NCBI GenBank assembly: GCA_963801855.1
Contig: CAWDGK010000003.1
Span: 45,066-109,065, forward strand
DNA: 64,000 nucleotides
Source: an uncultured Actinomycetes bacterium
GTDB lineage: Bacteria > Actinomycetota > Thermoleophilia > Gaiellales > Gaiellaceae
Reading direction: 5' to 3'
Part shown: positions 9,298 to 17,468 of the stretch, piece by piece
Position numbering within the stretch: position 1 is the stretch's first letter
Layout of the letters: each line of letters begins with the position of its first letter
Position numbers and translations under genes: made by a program
The notes under the pieces: model-generated
Seen by the model: only the letters and a program-made list of their open reading frames with translations
Told to the model about the DNA's origin: nothing
The model's database searches: none

Positions 9298-10861
9298 CGA
9301 CGACGATCCCGTGGCCGCCCCGGCGCGGGTCTCCCGCGGCGGCCAGCTCGCCGTCGGGCCGCATCTCGACGGCGGCGGCCCCGCCGAAGTAGAGGTTGCG
9401 GCGACGCCATGCGACGACGTCATACCCGCGGCGCTCCAGCTCCTCCAGCTCCTCCGCGTCGGACCCTCCCTCGCAGTGGACATGCCCCTCGTCCAGGTGG
9501 ACGCGCGGACGGCTGATCGCCTCCTCGACGGTGAGGCCGTGGCCGAGCACGTTGACGACGATCTGGAGGATCGCGCCCCGCAGCCGAGCGGAGCCCGCAC
9601 TCCCGACGACGAGGCGTGGACGCGCATCCCGAAGGACGATCGAGGGCGCCATCAGGCTCGACAGGCGACCCCCTGGCGTCTGCCGCCGACGAGCCAGATT
9701 GAGGTGGTGCTCACCGAGCATGTTGTTCAGGTGCACGCCGGTCCCCGGCACGACGACGCCCGAGCCCGAGCCGGTCGAAGCCGTCAAGGAGGCGGCGTTG
9801 CCGTCTGCGTCCACCACCGAGATGTGCGTCGTTCGCGAGGGCTCTGGAGGCTCGCGCAGCGCGCGGCCGAGACCTTGGCCGAGCCGCTCGACCGCCGCCC
9901 CGACTCGTTCCTCGCCGCACAGGCTGTCCGTAAGGCCACCGCGGTAGAGAGAGCGCGCGAAGTCGCCACCGCGGGCGACCGTCTGCTCGTGCATGACAGC
10001 GATGAGACGTTCGATCGCTCCGGCGGTTCCGGGCCCGCCCCCGAGTCCGGCCCGGTCGAGGAGCAGCAACCCATACGCAATGAGAACGCCGCCCGAGGAC
10101 GGGGGTGGGTTCGAGATGAAGCGGTCTCCGAGAAAGCCCACGTCGATCGGCCGCCGCCAGATCGCTCGGTACCGGCGGAGGTCTTCGCGCGTCAACGGGC
10201 CGCCTTCCGCGCGTATGTGCGTGGTGAGCCGGTCGGCGATGTCGCCCTCGTAGAACGGCGCGGCTCCCTCGGCCGCGAGCAGTTCCATCGTCGAAGCGAG
10301 ATCGCTCATCTTCAGGTTGTCTCCGGCAGCGAGGCGTTCGCCGTCCGGGCCGTAGATCGCTCGCCCCGAATCGGTGTGGCGCAGGATGGTGTCCAGAATC
10401 GCGTGCAGGTAGCCCTGCTCGCGCGTCAGCACGACCCCGTTCCGGGCCAGGTCAATGGCGGGCACGAACAGCTCGGCCCACGGAACGCGCCCGTACGCCC
10501 GGTGCGCCGTCTCGAGACCGGAGACCATCCCTGGCACCGCCGCCGAGGCCACGCCGATCCCGAACGCCTGGGTTGTCGAGCTGTCGAAATCGACGTCGGT
10601 CCTCTCCATCTCTCTGATCGCCCGGGTTCCCAGGCCTTCCCCTGGCACCGCGACGAAGAAGTCGAGCAGTCGGGAATGCCCGTCCCGGGCCCGGTGGACG
10701 AGGAGGAACCCTCCTCCCCCCGGGCCTGTGAGCGGGCTCTCCGCCACCCATGAGGTGAATGCCGCCGCGAGACACGCGTCGACGGCGTTGCCGCCTGCGG
10801 CGAGAATCTGGGCGCCCGCCTCGGCCGTCAGCGGGTGACCGGCTGCGATCGCGCCCTTCAC
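9290..10861 (-). CDS. ggt: Gamma-glutamyltransferase
   Basis: 523 aa. It has the autoprocessing/catalytic Thr region TTHISVVDADGNAASLT and the motif GSGSGVVVPGTGVHLNNMLGE. Confidence 0.9.
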   Translation of the reverse strand: MKGAIAAGHPLTAEAGAQILAAGGNAVDACLAAAFTSWVAESPLTGPGGGGFLLVHRARDGHSRLLDFFVAVPGEGLGTRAIREMERTDVDFDSSTTQAFGIGVASAAVPGMVSGLETAHRAYGRVPWAELFVPAIDLARNGVVLTREQGYLHAILDTILRHTDSGRAIYGPDGERLAAGDNLKMSDLASTMELLAAEGAAPFYEGDIADRLTTHIRAEGGPLTREDLRRYRAIWRRPIDVGFLGDRFISNPPPSSGGVLIAYGLLLLDRAGLGGGPGTAGAIERLIAVMHEQTVARGGDFARSLYRGGLTDSLCGEERVGAAVERLGQGLGRALREPPEPSRTTHISVVDADGNAASLTASTGSGSGVVVPGTGVHLNNMLGEHHLNLARRRQTPGGRLSSLMAPSIVLRDARPRLVVGSAGSARLRGAILQIVVNVLGHGLTVEEAISRPRVHLDEGHVHCEGGSDAEELEELERRGYDVVAWRRRNLYFGGAAAVEMRPDGELAAAGDPRRGGHGIVVDG

Positions 10862-10871
10862 GGCGCCCCGC

Positions 10872-12257
10872 TCAGCTCTGGAGGAACGAGGGCGGTTCGA
10901 GCGTGTCGCCGCCCGTCTCCGTCCGCGCCACGAACGATCGAGACCCGCCGCGCTGACCGACGCCGGTGACGATCACCGTCACCCAGACCTGGCCCTCGAG
11001 CCGCTCGTCGACGGTCGCGCCGAAGATGATGTTGGTGTCGTCGACCGAGGCTCCACGGATGACCTCCGCCGCCTCGTTCACCTCGTAGAGCGAGAGGTCG
11101 TTGCCGCCGGCAATCGAGAGCAGGATCCCCTTCGCGCTGACGAGCTCGGTGTCGACGAGGGGCGACCGCATGGCGCGCTCCGCCGCCTCGACGGCTCGGT
11201 TCTCGCCGGTCGCGAAGCCGATGCCCATGAGCGCCGTCCCGGCGCCGCTCATGATCGTTCGGACATCCGCGAAGTCCACGTTGATCAGGCCCGGCTCGGT
11301 GATCAGGTCGCAGATCCCCTGGACGCCCTGGCGCAGCACGTCGTCGGCGATCCGAAATGCGTCGAGCATGGACGTCTTCTTGTCGAGAACCTCGAGGAGG
11401 CGCTCGTTCGGGATCACGATCACGGTGTCGCACGCTTCTCTCAGCGTGTGGACGCCCTGCTCCGCCTGCGAGCGCCGCTTGGTGCCCTCGAAGCGAAACG
11501 GCATCGTCACGATCCCGACCGTGAGCGCGCCGACCTCGCGTGCGATGCGCGCGACGACCGGGGCGGCCCCTGAGCCGGTCCCGCCACCCTCTCCGGCGGT
11601 GACGAACACCATGTCGGAGCCCCGGAGGGCCCGCTTGACCTGGTCGTAGGCCTCCTCCGCGGCGCGTCGCCCGATGTCCGGCTCCGCCCCGGATCCCAGC
11701 CCGCCCGTCAGCTCCCGCCCGATGTGGATCTTGACCTCTGCGTCGCTGAGGGCGAGCTGCTGGAGATCGGTGTTCACAGCCACGAACTCGACGCCCGAGA
11801 TGCCGGCGTCGATCATCCGGTTGACAGCGTTCAGTCCGGCGCCGCCGACGCCGACGACGCGAATGACGGCGAGGTAGGCAGAGTCGGCCTGCGGGGCGCG
11901 ATGGAGCCGCGGAGGCGGCTCCGGAAGCGGCTCGAGCAGGCGAGCGATACCGCGGTCGGAGGGCTGCTCGCGCGCATGGACCGGCGTGGAGGGCGCCGGG
12001 GCCCTGGGCGGCGCAGGCTTGTGGACGGGCTCGGGGGCCGATGGTGCAGGCGCACGGTCGGCGCGGTCGGGCACCTCCGGCTCCGGCTCGGGCGCGGGCG
12101 CGACCTCGAGCTTTGGCGGCGGATGCTCGACGGTCTCCTCGAGCGGTTCGCCGGGGAGCGTCTTCCCTTCCTTCTCGGCCTGCTTCTGTGCTGCTTCGGT
12201 CGCCCGGAAGAGCTCGGCGAGCGGGCCCTCACGCATGCTTGCGCGCTTTCGCGCCAT
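10872..12257 (-). CDS. ftsZ: Cell division protein FtsZ with a ~125 aa Pro/Glu/Ala-rich N-terminal extension
   Basis: It has [15 protein letters not shown], the tubulin signature [11 protein letters not shown], and the C-terminal peptide [10 protein letters not shown]. The ATG at 12257 is preceded by AAGGAGG (12264..12270) with a 6 nt spacer. Confidence 0.92.
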   Translation of the reverse strand: MARKRASMREGPLAELFRATEAAQKQAEKEGKTLPGEPLEETVEHPPPKLEVAPAPEPEPEVPDRADRAPAPSAPEPVHKPAPPRAPAPSTPVHAREQPSDRGIARLLEPLPEPPPRLHRAPQADSAYLAVIRVVGVGGAGLNAVNRMIDAGISGVEFVAVNTDLQQLALSDAEVKIHIGRELTGGLGSGAEPDIGRRAAEEAYDQVKRALRGSDMVFVTAGEGGGTGSGAAPVVARIAREVGALTVGIVTMPFRFEGTKRRSQAEQGVHTLREACDTVIVIPNERLLEVLDKKTSMLDAFRIADDVLRQGVQGICDLITEPGLINVDFADVRTIMSGAGTALMGIGFATGENRAVEAAERAMRSPLVDTELVSAKGILLSIAGGNDLSLYEVNEAAEVIRGASVDDTNIIFGATVDERLEGQVWVTVIVTGVGQRGGSRSFVARTETGGDTLEPPSFLQS

Positions 12258-13110
12258 TGAGCACCTCCTTCGCCAGGTCGCGGTACGCCGCCGCCGCGGT
12301 GCCGGTCGGGTCGTACTTCAGGACGGAGCTGCCCTTCACAGGCGCTTCCGCGTAGCGCACGGTCTTCTTGATGCGCGTCTTGAAGACGAGCTCGCCGAAG
12401 TTCTCCTGGAGGATCTCGACGGCTTCCCGTGCATGCAGCGTCCGCCCGTCGTACATCGTCGGGAGGATCCCCTGGATTCCCACGTCGGGATTCAGGTTCT
12501 CGCGGATCATCGTCAGCGTGTTCTCGAGCTGGACGAGCCCACGCAGCGAGAGGTACTCGCACTGGACAGGGACGATGACTCCGTTCGAGGCCACGAGCGC
12601 GTTGATCGTCAGCAGTCCGAGCGACGGCGGCGTGTCGATCAGGACGAAGTCGTACCGATCCTTGACCGCGTTCAACGCCTTCTCCAGCGCTCGCTCGCGC
12701 CCGATCATGCTCGAGAGCGCGAGCTCCGCCCCCGCGAGGTCGATCGACGACACGGCGAGATCGACCTCCGAGTGCTGGATCACCTGGTCGATCGGGAGCC
12801 GGTGCACGAGGACGTCGAACATCGAGCGCTCGATCTGATCCGGGTTGAACCCCTGGCTCATCGTCAGGTTCCCCTGGGGGTCCATGTCGACGATCAGGAC
12901 GCGGTAACCCTCCTCCGAAAGCGCGACGGCGAGGTTCAGCGTGGAGGTCGTCTTCGCCACACCGCCCTTCTGGTTGGCGAAGGCGATGACCCGGGCATCG
13001 CGCGGCACGTCCGGCTCCGGAGGGGGCTCGGGCGGAGGAACGGCGACCTCCTCGGGAGCACCGTCGTCCGGCTCGCCCGGGGGGCGCGTGAAGAGACCTG
13101 CAAGACGCAT
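12229..13110 (-). CDS. ParA/Soj/MinD-family ATPase (deviant Walker A)
   Basis: It has [31 protein letters not shown] and a Pro-rich N-terminal ~45 aa. Its 3' end overlaps the ftsZ start by 29 nt. Confidence 0.9.
   Translation of the reverse strand: MRLAGLFTRPPGEPDDGAPEEVAVPPPEPPPEPDVPRDARVIAFANQKGGVAKTTSTLNLAVALSEEGYRVLIVDMDPQGNLTMSQGFNPDQIERSMFDVLVHRLPIDQVIQHSEVDLAVSSIDLAGAELALSSMIGRERALEKALNAVKDRYDFVLIDTPPSLGLLTINALVASNGVIVPVQCEYLSLRGLVQLENTLTMIRENLNPDVGIQGILPTMYDGRTLHAREAVEILQENFGELVFKTRIKKTVRYAEAPVKGSSVLKYDPTGTAAAAYRDLAKEVLNGAKARKHA
12264..12270 (-). promoter_or_regulatory. Shine-Dalgarno box (AAGGAGG) for ftsZ, embedded in the 3' end of the parA-like gene
   Basis: The reverse complement of 12258..12272 is cgAAGGAGGtgctca, followed directly by ATG. 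Confidence 0.7.
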
Positions 13111-13212
13111 CAGCAGCCCATCGTTCTGTTTGGGGCCGGAGTGTCCTGCACAAACTCAGTGTGCCGGAAAACCCGGACTGCGCCAGCATCGGCGACTTCA
13201 ATTTTCGCGGTG

Positions 13213-13467
13213 CTAGCGGGCCAAAATCGCCACCTCCTCCGTTTCCGCCTCCAGGGCGGCTCGACAGCCGGCGAGCGCCGCCACGGCTCCACAGGGCTCG
13301 GGCTCGGCACGAAGCCAGTTCTCGGCGTCGCGAACAAGAGCGCGGAGCTCGCCCAGCAACTCGGCCGACGGGGCTTCAGCCCGGTCGAGAGCCTCGATGC
13401 GATCGAGTCGCCTGAGCACTGCGCGTGCCTCGTCCATGCCTCGAACGTACTTGCGTCCGGCGCGCAT
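13213..13467 (-). CDS. Small hypothetical protein (helical, acidic)
   Basis: 84 aa ORF in the same orientation, directly upstream of the parA-like gene. The composition is not of the Arg/Pro shadow type. I recognise no motif, and the start is uncertain (M1 or M11). Confidence 0.4.
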   Translation of the reverse strand: MRAGRKYVRGMDEARAVLRRLDRIEALDRAEAPSAELLGELRALVRDAENWLRAEPEPCGAVAALAGCRAALEAETEEVAILAR

Positions 13468-13495
13468 GTCTGGAACGGATCTGTGCCTAGAGAGG

Positions 13496-14755
13496 CTAAA
13501 ACGCGCCGGCTGCGGCGACCGGCTCGAGCGGTACCGCGGGCTTCGCGCGCAGGCCGAGCAGGGTCTCGTCGAGCGTCTTCAGGAGCTCGCGGCGGTCGCC
13601 ATGCTCGAGCACGGCTACGAGGGAGCGCCGCACGAGATCCGCAGTCACGGACGCTGCATCGCCCGCGGCCAGCAGTCGAAGCCGCGCCAGGAGCGCCGCC
13701 GCCTCGCGGGGAGTCTCCCCGAGGACGGATGCCGCGCGAAGCGAGGCTGCAAAGACGCCGTCGCCGCCGCCGAGCAGCGACCCGAGCGATCCGCGGAGCT
13801 GCTCCGAGGCGAACGGGTCGTCCTGGAAGAGCGAGAGCTCCCATCGGTCGAGGGCCTCGCCGAGCTCGCGGTCGCCGTCGGCCAGCGCCAGCCGCTCGCG
13901 CAGGCGAAGCGCTCGCTCGGCCCTGAGCGAGTCCAGGCGCACGGGCTCACCGGGAGGAGGCGTGCCGGCGATCGGGAGAACAGGGCGAATGCCATAGGGA
14001 CGCCAGTCGAGCCGCTCGAACAACACAGGCCCGGCGGCGATCGGTCCGGCGGTCGCAAGCCGCAGAGCGGTGACCGCGTCGGCGATCTCGCCCGGCGCAT
14101 CCGGAGGCGCCACCGCGACGCCGTCCCCGCCGAGATCCGCCTCGAGCTCGAGGACGCAGAGGCGGTCGGGCTCACGCTCGAAGCCATCCGGGAGCAACCC
14201 ACCGGCCTGCGGCCAGTGCGCCGCGAGCTCTCCCGAGGCCACATGGCGGATCTGCACTCCGCCCCCGAGCTCGAGAGGGCCTCCGATCGAGATGCCGACG
14301 AGCGGCGCGATGGCCCCGTAGGCGCGATGCGATCCGAAGAGCGACTCCTCGAACCCCGCGTAGGCCCGCTCGAAGGCGTCGTCGTCCCAGTCGAACCCTC
14401 CACAGCCCTCGGCCGTCTCGGCGAGGAGTGGAAGCAGCACCGTCTGCAGCAGCGCGTCCCGAGAGCTCGGGCGGCCGCTCGAGTGCGCTCGGGAGAAGAT
14501 CGCAGCGGCCGGCTCGCGCTCCAGCTCCGCCAGAGCCGGCTGCGCATCGGCCAGCGCGGCGAACCGGCCTGCACGAGCGTCGAGAAAGGGCTTCACGAGC
14601 GGCCTGTACTCGTAAAGGGTCGGCCGGCCCACGGACTCGTGCTCCTCGAACGAGAACGGGACGTCGCCGCCCTCGTCCAGTTCGTGCGAGACCGCGGCGA
14701 AGGCGCCGAGGCAGAAGCCGCGGAGCGCCTGGTGGAGGGTTGGTGAGCGAGCCAC
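13496..14755 (-). CDS. Hypothetical protein (~420 aa)
   Basis: This is the coding-looking part of ORF 13496..15265, beginning after the nei stop at 14764. I placed the start at GTG 14755 (VARSPTLHQALRGF...). I recognise no domain. Confidence 0.55.
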   Translation of the reverse strand: MARSPTLHQALRGFCLGAFAAVSHELDEGGDVPFSFEEHESVGRPTLYEYRPLVKPFLDARAGRFAALADAQPALAELEREPAAAIFSRAHSSGRPSSRDALLQTVLLPLLAETAEGCGGFDWDDDAFERAYAGFEESLFGSHRAYGAIAPLVGISIGGPLELGGGVQIRHVASGELAAHWPQAGGLLPDGFEREPDRLCVLELEADLGGDGVAVAPPDAPGEIADAVTALRLATAGPIAAGPVLFERLDWRPYGIRPVLPIAGTPPPGEPVRLDSLRAERALRLRERLALADGDRELGEALDRWELSLFQDDPFASEQLRGSLGSLLGGGDGVFAASLRAASVLGETPREAAALLARLRLLAAGDAASVTADLVRRSLVAVLEHGDRRELLKTLDETLLGLRAKPAVPLEPVAAAGAF

Positions 14756-14763
14756 CCTGCCGC

Positions 14764-15528
14764 TTACGCGCCGGGTAGCCGCACTCCTCTCTCGCCGGGC
14801 TGGCAGGTCGGGCACCAGTACGCGGTTCGATTCGCGTCGCCCTGCCCCCGAGAGCGGACCGGGGCACGGCAACGGGGGCAGGGTCGCCCGGCTTTTCGGT
14901 AGATCGAGCGCTGCTCGCGGCCGGAGTCGACCGACCGCCGCATGAGTCGGGCCGCCTCGTCGAGGACGGCGCGGATCTCCTCGTCCGTCGTGTCTGAAAG
15001 CCGGCGCCAGGGCGAGACGCCTGCTCCCCACAGTGCCTCGGCCTTCCAGAGGTTCCCGATGCCGGCGACGAGGCGCTGGTCGAGGAGTGCGTCGCCGAGC
15101 TCGCGGCCCTGGTCGATTCGGCGGAAATTGGAGACCATGCGGTCGAAGTCGGGGGGCCGAGCGAGGATGTCCGGCCCCAACCGGCGCACGGCACGCCTGT
15201 TGAGCTCGAGCACGGGTCCTCCCCAGAGCACCGCTTCTCTCCCGCTGCCGCGGAGCACGAGCCACGGGCGCCCGTGGGTGACCGAGCCAGGCTCCCGGAC
15301 GGTCCAGCGTCCGCTCATGCGGAGATGGCTGCGCAGGACGAGGCCGCCCTCGAAGCTCAGGATCAGGTTCTTCCCGATCGCCTCGACCCGCTCGAGTCGC
15401 CTGCCGTCGAGTTGCTCGGCGACCCCGGTTGCTGCAGCCCGCGGGTTCGGACTTTCGACTGCGACCGTCTCCCCCACGAGGACCTGGAGGCGGCGGGCGG
15501 CGCGATGGAGTGAGTCACCCTCGGGCAT
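14764..15528 (-). CDS. nei: Fpg/Nei family DNA glycosylase, Nei2-like
   Basis: It has the N-terminal MPEGDSLHRAA, the H2TH region LLDQRLVAGIGNLWKAEAL, and the C-terminal zinc finger CPRC...CPTC. Confidence 0.88.
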   Translation of the reverse strand: MPEGDSLHRAARRLQVLVGETVAVESPNPRAAATGVAEQLDGRRLERVEAIGKNLILSFEGGLVLRSHLRMSGRWTVREPGSVTHGRPWLVLRGSGREAVLWGGPVLELNRRAVRRLGPDILARPPDFDRMVSNFRRIDQGRELGDALLDQRLVAGIGNLWKAEALWGAGVSPWRRLSDTTDEEIRAVLDEAARLMRRSVDSGREQRSIYRKAGRPCPRCRAPVRSRGQGDANRTAYWCPTCQPGERGVRLPGA

Positions 15529-15973
15529 GCTCTGGATTGTGAACGAGCGAGGTCTTCACCCGGCGGTTGCGGGCGCAGCGGCGGCCATGGCGTGGGCGCT
15601 GCTCGAGCCGGTCGACCGGCGCGTCTTCCGTTGCGACTACTCGGATGTCGCCCTCCTCGGCAAGGCCGTGACCCGAGGCCCGCTCTGGCGACCGGCCGGG
15701 CTCGCCCTGCATGCGCTGAACGGCGCGGTGTTCGGCCTCGCCTTCGAGGAGGCGCGACGCCGTCTGCCCTTGGAGAAGAGGCGGCTCGCCCTCACCATGG
15801 CGCTCGCGGAGCACGTCGCCCTCTACCCGCTCTCGTACTTCGTCGACCGCTATCACCCCGCGCGCGGTGAGGAGGGGGTCCCGCCCCTCCTCACCAATGG
15901 GCGCGCGTTCGCCCAGGCAACCGCGCGGCACGCGCTCTTCGGCGTGCTCCTGGGGCGAATGGCTCGCGACTAG
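15527..15973 (+). CDS. Small hypothetical membrane protein
   Basis: This is the coding-looking C-terminal part of ORF 14942..15973 (MLWIVNERGLHPAVAGAAAAMAWALLEP...). It contains hydrophobic helices. The start is uncertain (ATG 15527 or the internal in-frame ATG encoding the M of MAWALLEP, ~60 nt downstream). Confidence 0.45.
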   Translation: MLWIVNERGLHPAVAGAAAAMAWALLEPVDRRVFRCDYSDVALLGKAVTRGPLWRPAGLALHALNGAVFGLAFEEARRRLPLEKRRLALTMALAEHVALYPLSYFVDRYHPARGEEGVPPLLTNGRAFAQATARHALFGVLLGRMARD

Positions 15974-16425
15974 CTGGAGCTGCCGTTCCAGCCGGCGACG
16001 ACCTCGGCGAAACGGTCGAGGGCCTCGTCCACCTGCTTCTCCGGATCTTCGAAGAGCTTTGCAACCGCATCGCCGGCCGCGCCTGCGGGCGGGTCGTACT
16101 CGATTGCGACCTCGATGCTCGTCTGCTCGCCACGCTTGTCGAAGCGCACGACGCCGGAGTTCTCGATGCGCGAGCCCTCAACCGACTTCCACGCGATCTT
16201 CTCGTTGGGCACGTCCTCGACGATCTCGGCGTCCCACTCCGCCGACGCGCCGAGCGGTCCGTCGACCTTCCAGTGCGTCCGTGTGTCGTCGCCGCTCATC
16301 GGAGTGACTTCCTTGACGTTCGGCATGAAGTTCGGGAAGTTCGTGAAGTTCCGCCAGTAGCTGTAGACCTTCTCGACAGGGGCGTCGACGGTCTTGTACT
16401 TCGCAATGCCGGGCATGGTGATCCT
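15970..16425 (-). CDS. SRPBCC/START-fold protein (polyketide cyclase/dehydrase-like)
   Basis: From MPGIAKYKTVDAPVEKVYSYWRNFTNFPNFMPNVKEV, with a GAAAGGA box upstream of the ATG at 16425. The longer ORF N-terminus is Arg/Gly-rich and looks like shadow sequence. Confidence 0.75.
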   Translation of the reverse strand, partial: RITMPGIAKYKTVDAPVEKVYSYWRNFTNFPNFMPNVKEVTPMSGDDTRTHWKVDGPLGASAEWDAEIVEDVPNEKIAWKSVEGSRIENSGVVRFDKRGEQTSIEVAIEYDPPAGAAGDAVAKLFEDPEKQVDEALDRFAEVVAGWNGSSS

Positions 16426-16445
16426 TTCGTCTCGTTTGTCGGTTC

Positions 16446-17426
16446 CTACCCGGCGACCGCTTCTGTCAAACTTCTGTCTAACTCCTCCCGACCGGCCGCT
16501 TCGGGCGCCACACGCTCGAGGGACCGGCGAAGCCACAGGACGGCGAGGTCCTTCGCCTTCGCCTCGACCATCACGTCGAGCGGTCGGTCGGCAGCCTCGA
16601 GCAGCGTCAGGAGATCCCAAGGCGTCAGGAAGTCGGCGTGCTGGTCGAGGAGCGGCGGTCGAAGCCTCCCACCGACCGAGCGAAGCTCGGTGCGAGGGCT
16701 CGAGACGTGCACCTTGGGCCGAACCTCGGCGGGCCAGGTGTCGAGCGCTGCTCGTAGAGCGGCGGCGACATCCTCCAGCCCCTCTGCGGCGTTGCAGCGG
16801 TGGTGGTGGAGGTCGAAGACGACGCGAACTCCGGTTCGCTCGTGAAGCTCCAGGACATCAGAGAGGTCGAAGCAGCGTTCGTCGTGCTCGACGACGAGTC
16901 GGGCCTGCGCGCGCTCCGACAGCTGGCCGAAGCCCCGAACCCAGCGATCGAGGGACGCCGCCGGGTCGCCGTACGCACCTCCGACGTGAATCACGACGAC
17001 TCCCTCCGGCCCGGCCCCGAGGGTGTCGAGCAGGAGCGCGTCCTGCTCGACGTCGAGCCGCGCCTTGCGCGCGATCTCGTCGTCCGGGGAGCTCAGGACC
17101 GTGTATTGCCCGGGGTGCGTGGAGAGGCGCAAACCGAGGCGCCGTGCCTTCTCCCCGAGCTGCTCGAGCGCCTCGGCGCATTCATCGATCTGGCGCCGGT
17201 AGTCGAACTCGGGCAGGTCGGGATGCGTCCCGTACGGAACCGTGCTGCTCGACATCCGGTACACGCGAACGTCGATCCCGTCGAGGTAGTCGAAGGCAGC
17301 GTCGAGAAGCTCGAGCGACTGCGACAGGTGCGGGCCGCTCTGCCAGCGACGCGTGTCCGACGTCTTCAGTCCGCCGGCGCCGAGAATCTTGACCGCGAAG
17401 CCCAGGCGGTATGGCTGAATGTCCAT
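16446..17426 (-). CDS. uvsE: UV damage endonuclease UvdE/UvsE
   Basis: 326 aa. Matching stretches include YRLGFAVKILG, YRMSSSTVPYGTHP, STHPGQYTVLSSP and VVEHDERCFD. Confidence 0.85.
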   Translation of the reverse strand: MDIQPYRLGFAVKILGAGGLKTSDTRRWQSGPHLSQSLELLDAAFDYLDGIDVRVYRMSSSTVPYGTHPDLPEFDYRRQIDECAEALEQLGEKARRLGLRLSTHPGQYTVLSSPDDEIARKARLDVEQDALLLDTLGAGPEGVVVIHVGGAYGDPAASLDRWVRGFGQLSERAQARLVVEHDERCFDLSDVLELHERTGVRVVFDLHHHRCNAAEGLEDVAAALRAALDTWPAEVRPKVHVSSPRTELRSVGGRLRPPLLDQHADFLTPWDLLTLLEAADRPLDVMVEAKAKDLAVLWLRRSLERVAPEAAGREELDRSLTEAVAG

Positions 17427-17468
17427 CTTTTGTCCAGCCTAGAGAAACGGCTGGAGGTCGGGCGTGCT

